IMG/VR virus record: IMGVR_UViG_3300009155_000035
DNA: 64,000 nucleotides
Strand: one strand, 5' to 3'
Source: a virus
Lineage: Duplodnaviria > Caudoviricetes
In this document: one piece after another, positions 10,793 to 20,141 of the stretch
Layout of the letters: each line of letters opens with the position of its first letter
Numbering within the stretch: the stretch's first letter is position 1
Notes under the pieces: model-generated
Database searches by the model: none
Told to the model about the DNA's origin: nothing
What the model saw: the letters and a program-made list of their open reading frames with translations, nothing else
Made by a program: the position numbers and the translations under genes

Positions 10793-13700
10793 TTACGTCA
10801 ATGGTGTAGTCCCAGTCTGACCAATGGTGCTACCTGGAGCTCCAATTGTGGTCACTGGGTATAGTCCGGACACTGATGTCTGACTTCTAATATTACTTTG
10901 TGTAAGTGCATCAATTACTTGAATATCAGCCACTGTGGCTGCGCTTACAAATATTTCATTAGGTGCCGATCGTATTTCGTACAAGTCACCAAAACTCTTT
11001 AATGGGTTTAACGGCACCAACACGACAGAGCTAATATAAGTTCCTAGTTCTAGGTGCAAGTATGCTGCCAATTCAGAGAAGAAAAAGTTATCGCCAAAAT
11101 CCCACTTGTCAAGCGTGAAGTATTCGTTGATTTTTGCAATCACAGTGCTCTTGATTTCGCTGTCGCTTGCAACTGTGTTAAGAGCACGTACAACTTTGAT
11201 AATGCCTTGTAGTTGCGACGGTGCTTTGGCGCCAAACAATGGTTTAAATGTAACAGAGTTCAACACAATGTTGTCTGATACCATTTTAAAATCGTCTAGC
11301 CCAGAATATGCAGTTGACAATTCATCAATGTCTGGTGGTGCTGGTTCAGGAACTGTGCCAGAGGTGTCCTTGATGTAATTTTGATATGCAGTATAATATT
11401 GATTGGTTACAAGATAAATGTCGATAATATTCGTTGTGCCTGGATCAATAACATTGGTCAACGGACTATTGTGACGATATTGGAATCCTAGGTTGCCTCG
11501 GCCAGTGCGAGCAATGTAACCTGCTACTGGAGATATTGTGCGTTGCTGGATGCCGTTGATAAATGACACCGTTAGTTTGTAAAACAAATCTGTGGATGTT
11601 GCGTAAAATACTTGTCCATCAATATACTGAGCCTTGACAAGCTCTATGTCATTGAGAGTAGCATATGAGCTGTTGATTACCCCTGGAGTAATAGGCAAGT
11701 AACGCTCTAAATTATCATAGTCCACAGTCTGTTGGAAAAATACTAATTTAGTTGTTGGATCTACCGATGGGGCAACCAGTGTATTAAAAAAATCTGGGTC
11801 ATCAGCAACACCGTCAGCATCACTGTCAATATAGCTCACAACAACTTCATAGTCATTTACATAACCATCGCTTTGAATTGGTTGCCCAATGATGTCCATT
11901 GTAACGTCTGATGGAAGAGGTAAATTGGTATCTGGTCGGCTGTTTGTTTTTAATACTCGAACAAAGTCGGTGATGACCACACCTGTTTGACTATCATACA
12001 CTTGTCCGCTGCCATCATAGAAAAATCGTGTTTGTAATACGCTGGCAAAATTGTAATCTAATCCACGACTTGTTATGGTATAGCCTTGTCCGTCTGTAAT
12101 AAACTCAACTAACCAGCTTGCATCAAGGTTGAGTCCAGAGGTGTTTTGTGCATAAGCACGACTAAATGGTGCATCTGATGCAAGATTTGTGCTGGTAATC
12201 AAGTACCACTCACTGGTTAGGTTGTTAAAGCCAATACCAAAGTTGCGGAATAATTCAATTTGTTGAATCATGCTTTGTTGCAAGCTCAGTGGAATATCAT
12301 TGACAAATTTAGGAATGACAACATCGGCTAGGGCGCCGGTGGGGACAAATGTGTTTAATGTAACTGGCCCAATACCGTCTGGCAAGTTGCCAAGTCCTTG
12401 CGCTGTCCCGTCAAGTACCACTGCCGACACAGTTGCCCAAATAACTGTTTTTTCGTCTGCACGAGTGGGTGTACCTGATTTAAGACGATTGTTTCCGTCA
12501 AAGAAGTATCCGCTTGGCGAAATAAATTTTACTAAACTTCCCAGTGTAATATACTTGGCATTGTTAGTAGCATACGGTCCGATTGGTAAGGGGTTTGACG
12601 CACGAGTTTGATAAAAATAACCAGTTGTTTCATTTACCAGACTGGTTGTTTGACTCCAGCCGGCATTTAACACTGTTAGTGGGGGGCGCGGAAACTGTTC
12701 GTAGTAGAATTGCAACATACTACGGCTATCAATCAAAGGTTCAACTGTGTTATTAATAACGTCAACAATATCATTGCGATTGACCCAGTCAAATTCAATG
12801 GTAGGCAAAACATACTCGCGATAGATCATACCATCACTTGCATATATGTTTGTGCTTGAATATTTTCCAGTGACATCTGTTAGATCAAGATAGCGACTTG
12901 CGCCAACAGCTGATCGTGCAACTGCTTTGCTTTTGAGAATTGAGTTATATGCTGTAAACGGAAAGTTGTTGTAGTCTTCTCCGTTGACCATGCGGTTTTG
13001 TGTGTAATAACGAGCTGGTGCTCGTTGTTTAATTTCTGCCAGGCTTTCACGAGCTTGTGCATTTGTTACCGGTGTGGTAATTCCGCATGTAAATGTTATG
13101 GTCTCTAAACGTCCGGTTCGACTGATATAACTCACTGGCACAGTGATGTTTTGCATTTCAACAGGATTAATAATGTATTCTAATCCGTTGCTTGAACGAA
13201 CATACACACGGAATGTGCCAACTGGTACGCTTGAGAATACACCATCACCAAATGTCAGTGTAATTTGATCATTTAAACGACTAGTGATAGAATACAATGT
13301 TCTTTGATCTGGCGCCAATTGTTCAACAGCGCCGGCAAAAATATTTTTAACAAAGACCCACTCACTGGCAATGTTTCCAAGATCATCTAGTTTGTAAAGC
13401 CAGTGATCGTTTTCATTACATCCTTCGATGTTTATATTCACTGTTCGATTAGGGATAGCCTCTGCCAAGTTAAAGTCTTGGTTTTGTAACACGCCTTGTT
13501 TGAACAAAAAGAAAAAGCCAGTATCATCGCTACCGTACCCTAGACTATCGGAACGATACAAAATATTGAAAGCGCCGTTGGGTTGCGGACTTGGTTCGTA
13601 TACATAGTCTTTGCCAAGGCTAGTTGAACTTACTACTTCAAACGGCATGTTAACACCGTCTACGATTGAAGTATATGGTATAACTGGCAAATAGCCAGGA

Positions 13701-14275
13701 ATTAAATTAATTGTGTATTCACTAGTATCTACGCCTAGAATGCTCTGGCGATTACCGGGGCGTCCAAATTTTTGACTGTCAACCAAGGAAGCATTTACAA
13801 TGGTAGTAAATTGCTCTAACCAATTAGGATTTGTTGGATCGTTCCAGTCAATTGTAACATTGGCTAAATTGATGCCGTTGTAATCAGTGACACTTTCAGT
13901 GGTGCTTACAGATACAACTTTTAAGTATCCTTGAGCTTCGGTATTGCGCTTTGGTGTATAACTTACCAAGTTGGCCAAGCGAACAACTGAATCTCGACGT
14001 TCGGCTGTGTCAAGGAAGTTTTCACGAGTGTTTAAATCATTACGGAACGCAAGTGCTTGACCCATGAACGCCATGACGTCAAGCAAAGCAATGAACTCAC
14101 TGCTTTCGATGTAGTCATTGAATGTTTCTGGATAATAAAGACGAAGGTAGTCAACAAAACTCTTGCGAAGGGTCTCAAAGTCGTAGCTTTGGAAGTCAGC
14201 CTCGCGGTAGGTCTGGTACAGCCTCTTCCAGTCCTCTACACCAAATATTGCTGTTTGTCGTGTGCTTTTAGCCAT
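10793..14275 (-). CDS. Baseplate wedge subunit, T4 gp6-like
   Basis: N-terminal DFQSYDFETLRKSFVDYL...ENFLDTAERRDSVVRLANLVSYTPKR and ESLAEIKQRAPARYYTQNRMVNGEDY are gp6/baseplate-J-type motifs; follows the gp25-like gene. Confidence 0.85.
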   Translation of the reverse strand: MAKSTRQTAIFGVEDWKRLYQTYREADFQSYDFETLRKSFVDYLRLYYPETFNDYIESSEFIALLDVMAFMGQALAFRNDLNTRENFLDTAERRDSVVRLANLVSYTPKRNTEAQGYLKVVSVSTTESVTDYNGINLANVTIDWNDPTNPNWLEQFTTIVNASLVDSQKFGRPGNRQSILGVDTSEYTINLIPGYLPVIPYTSIVDGVNMPFEVVSSTSLGKDYVYEPSPQPNGAFNILYRSDSLGYGSDDTGFFFLFKQGVLQNQDFNLAEAIPNRTVNINIEGCNENDHWLYKLDDLGNIASEWVFVKNIFAGAVEQLAPDQRTLYSITSRLNDQITLTFGDGVFSSVPVGTFRVYVRSSNGLEYIINPVEMQNITVPVSYISRTGRLETITFTCGITTPVTNAQARESLAEIKQRAPARYYTQNRMVNGEDYNNFPFTAYNSILKSKAVARSAVGASRYLDLTDVTGKYSSTNIYASDGMIYREYVLPTIEFDWVNRNDIVDVINNTVEPLIDSRSMLQFYYEQFPRPPLTVLNAGWSQTTSLVNETTGYFYQTRASNPLPIGPYATNNAKYITLGSLVKFISPSGYFFDGNNRLKSGTPTRADEKTVIWATVSAVVLDGTAQGLGNLPDGIGPVTLNTFVPTGALADVVIPKFVNDIPLSLQQSMIQQIELFRNFGIGFNNLTSEWYLITSTNLASDAPFSRAYAQNTSGLNLDASWLVEFITDGQGYTITSRGLDYNFASVLQTRFFYDGSGQVYDSQTGVVITDFVRVLKTNSRPDTNLPLPSDVTMDIIGQPIQSDGYVNDYEVVVSYIDSDADGVADDPDFFNTLVAPSVDPTTKLVFFQQTVDYDNLERYLPITPGVINSSYATLNDIELVKAQYIDGQVFYATSTDLFYKLTVSFINGIQQRTISPVAGYIARTGRGNLGFQYRHNSPLTNVIDPGTTNIIDIYLVTNQYYTAYQNYIKDTSGTVPEPAPPDIDELSTAYSGLDDFKMVSDNIVLNSVTFKPLFGAKAPSQLQGIIKVVRALNTVASDSEIKSTVIAKINEYFTLDKWDFGDNFFFSELAAYLHLELGTYISSVVLVPLNPLKSFGDLYEIRSAPNEIFVSAATVADIQVIDALTQSNIRSQTSVSGLYPVTTIGAPGSTIGQTGTTPLT

Positions 14276-14322
14276 AATATCTCACTGTTAGAGTATTTAT
14301 GGCTGTAATAAAGTGTGTAGTT

Positions 14323-14697
14323 TTAGATGTAGCTGGCTCGGCGAGTTTCTTGATTAAAAAAGATAGCCAAGCGCTCGGCATTGCTACTAGCAACCACTTG
14401 TACCTGTACTTCAATTAGAACACCGTTGTCTTGTGGGTATACCTGTACGTCTGATATGTAAATTCTAGGGTCGCCGCCAGCAACACGCTGTATTTCAGCT
14501 AGAATTGCAGCCATGGTTTCTGGCGTTTGATTGTCAAATACATAGTTCCAAATCAAAGTTCCGTACGATGGGCGGCCAGGCAGTTCGCCTTGTTGAATGT
14601 TTAATGCATTGGAAAAATCTCTTTTGATTAATTCAAAATCAGTAAGAGTAAACTTTTTGTTTTGGCCAATTGTACTGAATCCAATAAATGTAGACAT
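14323..14697 (-). CDS. Baseplate wedge subunit / sheath initiator, gp25-like
   Basis: 124 aa; LIKRDFSNALNIQQGELPGRPSYGTLIWNYVFD...DPRI matches the GPW/gp25 family pattern. Confidence 0.85.
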   Translation of the reverse strand: MSTFIGFSTIGQNKKFTLTDFELIKRDFSNALNIQQGELPGRPSYGTLIWNYVFDNQTPETMAAILAEIQRVAGGDPRIYISDVQVYPQDNGVLIEVQVQVVASSNAERLAIFFNQETRRASYI

Positions 14698-14708
14698 GTT
14701 GATATTTA

Positions 14709-17021
14709 TTATGCTGTGTCAGTGCGATCTGCTGGTTTAAACTCTGGTGCAGGTATTTTTGAGTCGTTTAAAGAACTCACCACTGCGGCATCAATTGCTG
14801 ATCGATTAACTGTATTAGAAGCGGCCTCGGCTTTGCTGCCGCCAAGCCCCAGTTGATTGCCAACGTTGGTTATAAAACTTGTGCTGAATTGCGCACTTTT
14901 TGCTAGATTATCAATAGACGTTTTTAGTGCAGGGGGTGCAACACCCTTGGTCCAACTAGATACTGCCCCAACACCAAACTTGGTTGCGCTTTGTACCAAT
15001 GCACCAAGCTGATTTACGTTGCCAATACCAGTAGTTATTCCGGCCGATTGCATGCCTTTTAGCGTGGTACTCATTAACACTTGCTGAGTAGATACCTGTA
15101 GTTTTTCATTGCTTAATAGTGACCCTAGGCCAGTCACTCCACCTTTACCGGTCCACAGCGTTGGGGATGCCAGGGCTGCTTGAATATTTTTGTTTTTTAA
15201 GTATTCTTGTGGAGTTATGCCGGCTGCGGTTGCTGCCGCAATATCTGCTGAGGTGGGTGTTCCTACTGCTTTTGCTGAAAGGCTTTTTACTGTTCCTGGT
15301 TTTAAAAATCCCGATGACTCAAGTTGCTCGGGTTTAAAACCAAATTGCCCGATTCCTTTGCTTGGACTCACCGCGTTGGCTGCTTGCCCTGTTGCTGTCT
15401 TGGCCTGTGCTAACAACCCAGTGACCTGTGCTTGATTTAAATCGCCAACTGGAGCTGTTGCAACCGGTGTACTCAATACATCGGCTGCATCAATTTGATT
15501 AGTCACCGGAGTTGATGCGGTGCCTGCCAGCGCACGTTCTACTCCTGGATTTGGTGTTGCGGTACTGCCGCCGCCTTCGGACAAGCTTACTTCTACAGGG
15601 ACACCTTTGTTATGATATGGGTAAGGTTCGTGCGTTGGAGCTCGTTGCACAATGGTTTTTAAGGTCCCCGGAGTCACTTGCCAGCCTTTACTGCCTTCAA
15701 ATTTAGTGTCATCAAGGGAATACTCTGTTATTGGTTTTGGGGGTTGGATGGTTTCCGGAGCCGAGCCACTGTTTAAATTGATCTTGCTTGCTTTGAAATT
15801 TAACTCACCCGATGCTTTCCATCCACCCTCTGCACTGTTTACCACCACACTACCATCACTAAGCACACCAACTTTTGTTTTGCTGTACATTGTGAGATCG
15901 CCAGCACTGTTGACTTTGAATGTTTCCTGTGTTTCAAACTGCATGTTTTTTGCTTTGACGTTGAAGTTTTCCCCGGCATTGATATTAATATCTTTGTCTG
16001 CATGCAAGTTTATGGTGCCTTGACTGCGAACGTTTACAGAGTTTGTGCTGTAAACATCGACCGTTCCTTCACTGCCTAATTCAATCCAGGTTTGACCATT
16101 GGCTGCAATAATATACAAGCAATCAGCTTCGTCACTCATTGTGATTTGATGACCTTTGGCTGTGCGAATACGTATTAAATTATCTCGCCCTTGAAGGTCT
16201 CCATCGTCCATGACAAAGCTGTGACCACCACGACGTCCTTCAACTTGCACGTCTGAAACTTTGATTGCTCCCGAGTTAAGTTTTGCTTTGATATCTTTTT
16301 CAGTTAGGCCGCCTTTGTAAATTGCACGACCAGGTGTGCTCATTCCAAACACTGCACTGGGACTTTCTCGTTGACTGCTGGAGCTGATAGGTCCTCGAAT
16401 ATAGTCCGACAACAAACCTTGGTTGGCTAAAATTGCAAACAAATAGCTGTGTACAGGCTTTGTTTCTGCCCAAAATTTAGGATTGTCATTGATATTTTTA
16501 TTTTCAACATTGATCTCAACAACAGGCAATTGTTTGGAATTGGCTGCGGTTGTTAGATTTTCTTGTTCGGCATTTTGAGTTTTAAATTTTGGTGTGGCGC
16601 CAATGGCAGGAATCATGTGATTCACTCCCGGCTCAGGAACACAACCAATATAATAACCTTGATTTGGATCACCGGCAACAAAGAAACAAATTACCCGAAC
16701 ATCAACGTCGGGTGGGGTAAACCACATTCCGTAACTTTGTTGGTTGCCTTTGTAACTACCAGTTCCTGCACTTGATGACGCGGCATTGAGCGGGGTCACT
16801 CCATAGAATGGAGGGATGTAACTTACTGTTCTCCACAGGCTTTTGTCGTTTTCATCTGATCCACCAAACTGTTCTATATAAACTTGCAAACGCCCAGAAC
16901 GTGTTGGGTCAACGTTATTTTTAACCACACCAATATAAGGACCAAACTCAGTGGGCATGCCACCGCGGTCAAATTTATACGAACTACTTCGTCCTTTACT
17001 TCTCTGTATATTCTCTGCCAT
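14709..17021 (-). CDS. Baseplate central spike, gp5-like, with C-terminal extension
   Basis: OB-fold motif YIGVVKNNVDPTRSGRLQVYI; beta-helix region GHSFVMDD..IRIRTAKGHQITMSD; C-terminal GIGQFG...WTGKGG..SLLSNEKLQ resembles lysozyme-fold domains. Confidence 0.8.
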   Translation of the reverse strand: MAENIQRSKGRSSSYKFDRGGMPTEFGPYIGVVKNNVDPTRSGRLQVYIEQFGGSDENDKSLWRTVSYIPPFYGVTPLNAASSSAGTGSYKGNQQSYGMWFTPPDVDVRVICFFVAGDPNQGYYIGCVPEPGVNHMIPAIGATPKFKTQNAEQENLTTAANSKQLPVVEINVENKNINDNPKFWAETKPVHSYLFAILANQGLLSDYIRGPISSSSQRESPSAVFGMSTPGRAIYKGGLTEKDIKAKLNSGAIKVSDVQVEGRRGGHSFVMDDGDLQGRDNLIRIRTAKGHQITMSDEADCLYIIAANGQTWIELGSEGTVDVYSTNSVNVRSQGTINLHADKDININAGENFNVKAKNMQFETQETFKVNSAGDLTMYSKTKVGVLSDGSVVVNSAEGGWKASGELNFKASKINLNSGSAPETIQPPKPITEYSLDDTKFEGSKGWQVTPGTLKTIVQRAPTHEPYPYHNKGVPVEVSLSEGGGSTATPNPGVERALAGTASTPVTNQIDAADVLSTPVATAPVGDLNQAQVTGLLAQAKTATGQAANAVSPSKGIGQFGFKPEQLESSGFLKPGTVKSLSAKAVGTPTSADIAAATAAGITPQEYLKNKNIQAALASPTLWTGKGGVTGLGSLLSNEKLQVSTQQVLMSTTLKGMQSAGITTGIGNVNQLGALVQSATKFGVGAVSSWTKGVAPPALKTSIDNLAKSAQFSTSFITNVGNQLGLGGSKAEAASNTVNRSAIDAAVVSSLNDSKIPAPEFKPADRTDTA

Positions 17022-17036
17022 GCCTAAATCTCACTG

Positions 17037-19835
17037 TTATGGTTCTCTTACTAGTCCATCATTGTAACCAGTTATGTTGCCCAGGGCATCAACTGCCACT
17101 GGATCATTACTGGTTGGGGGTGGAGTAAGTCTATTGTTGGTGCCTGCAACTGTCAATATTGAAGTGGCATCATCTGTGCCTATTGGATCTGTAGCTGCCG
17201 CTGTAGGAGACGATAGTATGCCATTACTTGCACCTGCAGAATTCAATCGCTCAAGTCGTGCTGTTTCGGCCGCTGACTCGTCTGGTGCGTCCCTTGATGC
17301 TGTTGCATCAGGCTGTGTGCCGGTTGCGGCAGCTTGATCAACAGCGGCCAAATTTTGTGTGGTAGTGACAACAGACTCAGGAAACAGCAACAATGCACCT
17401 TCAAGATCTTGGGTAAATTTTCCCCGGGAAAAATGACTGGTAACAAATGTTGATTTGTAAATGTAGCTTTGAGACGGCGTCTGTTGACCCGCACCATTCA
17501 TCAATCCTGTTTGTATATTGTAATCTGTTGGTTTTTGCCAGGCTATTTCAAACAATGCTTCTCGTGCATCAAAGTTAATGGTACCATCAGGCAGCCAAGC
17601 GTCAAAAAATGCATCGTATGATTGATCGCTGTTGGTTGTAGTTGATCTTACACCTGACCAAAGTTCGCCTTGTTGTATCCATGCAGGATCGCCAACAATG
17701 GTAATTTTACATTGTCCTTGATTTGACACACTGTACAAATAATCTGCGGCATTGGCTCCTGGTTCATTTTGATCGTCTGGCATACCTTGCGAACTTTGCG
17801 GACTGTTGGGCGAAAACAATCTCTTTTCTACTTCGCGATAGTCTATGTTGTTTTTGAGAGACTTGGCCTTAGTCTTTGTATTAATTGTGGTATAATACGC
17901 ATAGTCAAAGTCTTGTTCAAAATTCAATACGGATGTGTTTTCGCCGGTGAACCAATAGCTATATTTTTTCTGTACTCCGCGAAAACGTCCTTGCGGAAAA
18001 TATTCGCTTTTCATGTCATTAACGCCATACGGTGCTATCTCGTATGTTATTTCATAAGCGTAATCACGGCGTTTTGGGTCTTGCTTTAATGGTTTGGCTT
18101 GCACACCAATTTTGTACCAGGCAAACACATTGCCAGATGTGGCCTGTGGCACATCGTTGTTGTCTTTATCAATAATTTTGGTTTGTTGCTTGTAAATGTA
18201 GTCACTACTGCGAATTGCAAGATCTAAAAATTGCACAATTGATGTACCAGCAACAGCACTAACGGTTTTTGCTCGGTTGTCTATTGACTGTTTTTCACCA
18301 TCTTTGGCTTCGGCGGCAGTGTTTGCATTGGTCATTGGTTTAGTTTGTTTGACTTGACCACCAGGTGGGACTATACTGGCATTTGCAATCTGCGGATGAC
18401 TGATAACAACCTTGTACACATCAGCCACATCCTGTACGCCTTGGGTAACCAGTTCAGCTTGGTATTTGTTCAATGCTTGTGTTAATCCAGATATCAAAGT
18501 TGTTGTTGGAGCATTGCCTGCATTTTCAGGTGGCGTATTTGTTTGCTGAGTATCTCTATCTGTTTGTTGTGTTGTCTGGGTAGTGGTGTATGATAGATTT
18601 CCAGAAAATAATTTATCCAAGGTTGTGGCAGTGAGTTCAATGTTGTAAGGAATAGTTCCGCGGCCCTGACTGGTAGCAATTACGTTTTGTGGGCATACGC
18701 AATTACATGCATACTCAGTTAGTTTGTTTTGTACTCTAAATTTGATACCTGTAAATTGAAATGGTATTAATTTTTCAACTAAGGCACTAGAATCAGTTTT
18801 TCCATAGGGATCATTATAACTTGCTGGTGGGGTAATTAGTTTACCGTTCTCATCATAACCGTAAAACCGAATAGCCATGAGATAATTTTCGGCGCCATAG
18901 TTCGTACCTTGGTTACCACTGCCGTTGACGGAATTAGTTCCTCCACCACCGCTGTTGTATTCTCTTGACGCTTTGTACAAATTGTCTAATAACGAAATAC
19001 CATTAGGTTCAATTATTTTAAATTTTAGTTCGGCCACATTGTGTGCGCCGCCTGTGCCTTTGCCTGGACAAAAAGTTTTTATTTCAACATCATCAATATA
19101 ATAATCTAACGGAAAATATTGATTTCTTCCTTGTATAGCACTCAATGTACCTGGATCAAACTCGTTGAGTTGACCGCCCACGATGTTTGACGATAAGGGT
19201 GCACCAGCACTTTGCATCAATAGTGTGTTAGTCCCAATATATCGTTTTTTGCTCGTTAACATTCGACGATAATCTTCTGGACTCATCAAGTAAATGCTTA
19301 TCGAGTAGGTATAGCTAGCGGCTTGGTCAAGAATGTTTGCTCTTGGTGTGACTGCTCTCCCAGTTTTGTTTGCCAGTGTTACAACTTCATTGCTGCCTGT
19401 GGGGCTGTCAGCAGTGGGACTAACATTTTTATCAGCCGCATCTTCATTTGAAGCACCAGCACCAGTTGTATTTGTTGGTGTTGCAGAAGATCCTCCGGTG
19501 TACAACCCATCTGTTGTGTTGTTTGTTGTGTTGTTGGTAGGATCTAATTCATTCGCATTGTATTCTGTGCCCGCACCCGGTAATGTTGTTGGGTCCGGTA
19601 TTGAAAAGTCACTGGATATCGGTGGGGTTGATTGTAATAAGGAAATGTTTCTAATAGGCGCATCAACTCCTGCATCATCGTTTGCAATAAAACGATCAGC
19701 ATTAGTAGGCAGAGGTGTAGGTACAAATATACTATTCTGTGGCTCTGGAATCTGTGTGTTTGATGAGTTTACACGAGCAGCCTGGCTGGCAGCAACAATA
19801 TCACCAGATCCAAATACAGGTGGGGTGGTTGCCAT
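17037..19835 (-). CDS. Baseplate hub protein (gp27-like) with low-complexity T/N/A-rich termini
   Basis: Lies between gp53- and gp5-like genes; C-terminal YSYWFTGENTSVLNF...CKITIVGDPAWIQ...YKSTFVTSHFSRGKFTQDLEG is typical of hub/late-control-D proteins. Confidence 0.65.
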   Translation of the reverse strand: MATTPPVFGSGDIVAASQAARVNSSNTQIPEPQNSIFVPTPLPTNADRFIANDDAGVDAPIRNISLLQSTPPISSDFSIPDPTTLPGAGTEYNANELDPTNNTTNNTTDGLYTGGSSATPTNTTGAGASNEDAADKNVSPTADSPTGSNEVVTLANKTGRAVTPRANILDQAASYTYSISIYLMSPEDYRRMLTSKKRYIGTNTLLMQSAGAPLSSNIVGGQLNEFDPGTLSAIQGRNQYFPLDYYIDDVEIKTFCPGKGTGGAHNVAELKFKIIEPNGISLLDNLYKASREYNSGGGGTNSVNGSGNQGTNYGAENYLMAIRFYGYDENGKLITPPASYNDPYGKTDSSALVEKLIPFQFTGIKFRVQNKLTEYACNCVCPQNVIATSQGRGTIPYNIELTATTLDKLFSGNLSYTTTQTTQQTDRDTQQTNTPPENAGNAPTTTLISGLTQALNKYQAELVTQGVQDVADVYKVVISHPQIANASIVPPGGQVKQTKPMTNANTAAEAKDGEKQSIDNRAKTVSAVAGTSIVQFLDLAIRSSDYIYKQQTKIIDKDNNDVPQATSGNVFAWYKIGVQAKPLKQDPKRRDYAYEITYEIAPYGVNDMKSEYFPQGRFRGVQKKYSYWFTGENTSVLNFEQDFDYAYYTTINTKTKAKSLKNNIDYREVEKRLFSPNSPQSSQGMPDDQNEPGANAADYLYSVSNQGQCKITIVGDPAWIQQGELWSGVRSTTTNSDQSYDAFFDAWLPDGTINFDAREALFEIAWQKPTDYNIQTGLMNGAGQQTPSQSYIYKSTFVTSHFSRGKFTQDLEGALLLFPESVVTTTQNLAAVDQAAATGTQPDATASRDAPDESAAETARLERLNSAGASNGILSSPTAAATDPIGTDDATSILTVAGTNNRLTPPPTSNDPVAVDALGNITGYNDGLVREP

Positions 19836-19838
19836 AAA

Positions 19839-20141
19839 TTAAAATCCTAATGCAGTTCGTAGTGTGGTAATCTTGGGCAAGTAGATATTTGTGCCTGCTT
19901 TGAAATCCCAAGGTGGTGCAGTCAAGGTGTTTGGGTTGCGTTGATAAAACACCCACCATAATCCAGGATTGTTATACAAGTCATAAGCCAACAAGTCTGG
20001 GCGATACTCATAGGTTTGATTTATTTTAAAATACACATCGTCGTTTTCTCGAGGTATGGCTCTGTTGACCATGCTGTCAAGATAAAACTGCGTAAACGGT
20101 GTTAAGAAATAAGGACTTGTGGTGTTGTAGGTTGCGGACAT
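19839..20141 (-). CDS. Baseplate wedge protein, gp53-like (LysM-like)
   Basis: YEYRPDLLAYDLYNNPGLWWVF...FKAGTNIYLP motif; TAATG overlap with the upstream gene. Confidence 0.85.
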   Translation of the reverse strand: MSATYNTTSPYFLTPFTQFYLDSMVNRAIPRENDDVYFKINQTYEYRPDLLAYDLYNNPGLWWVFYQRNPNTLTAPPWDFKAGTNIYLPKITTLRTALGF

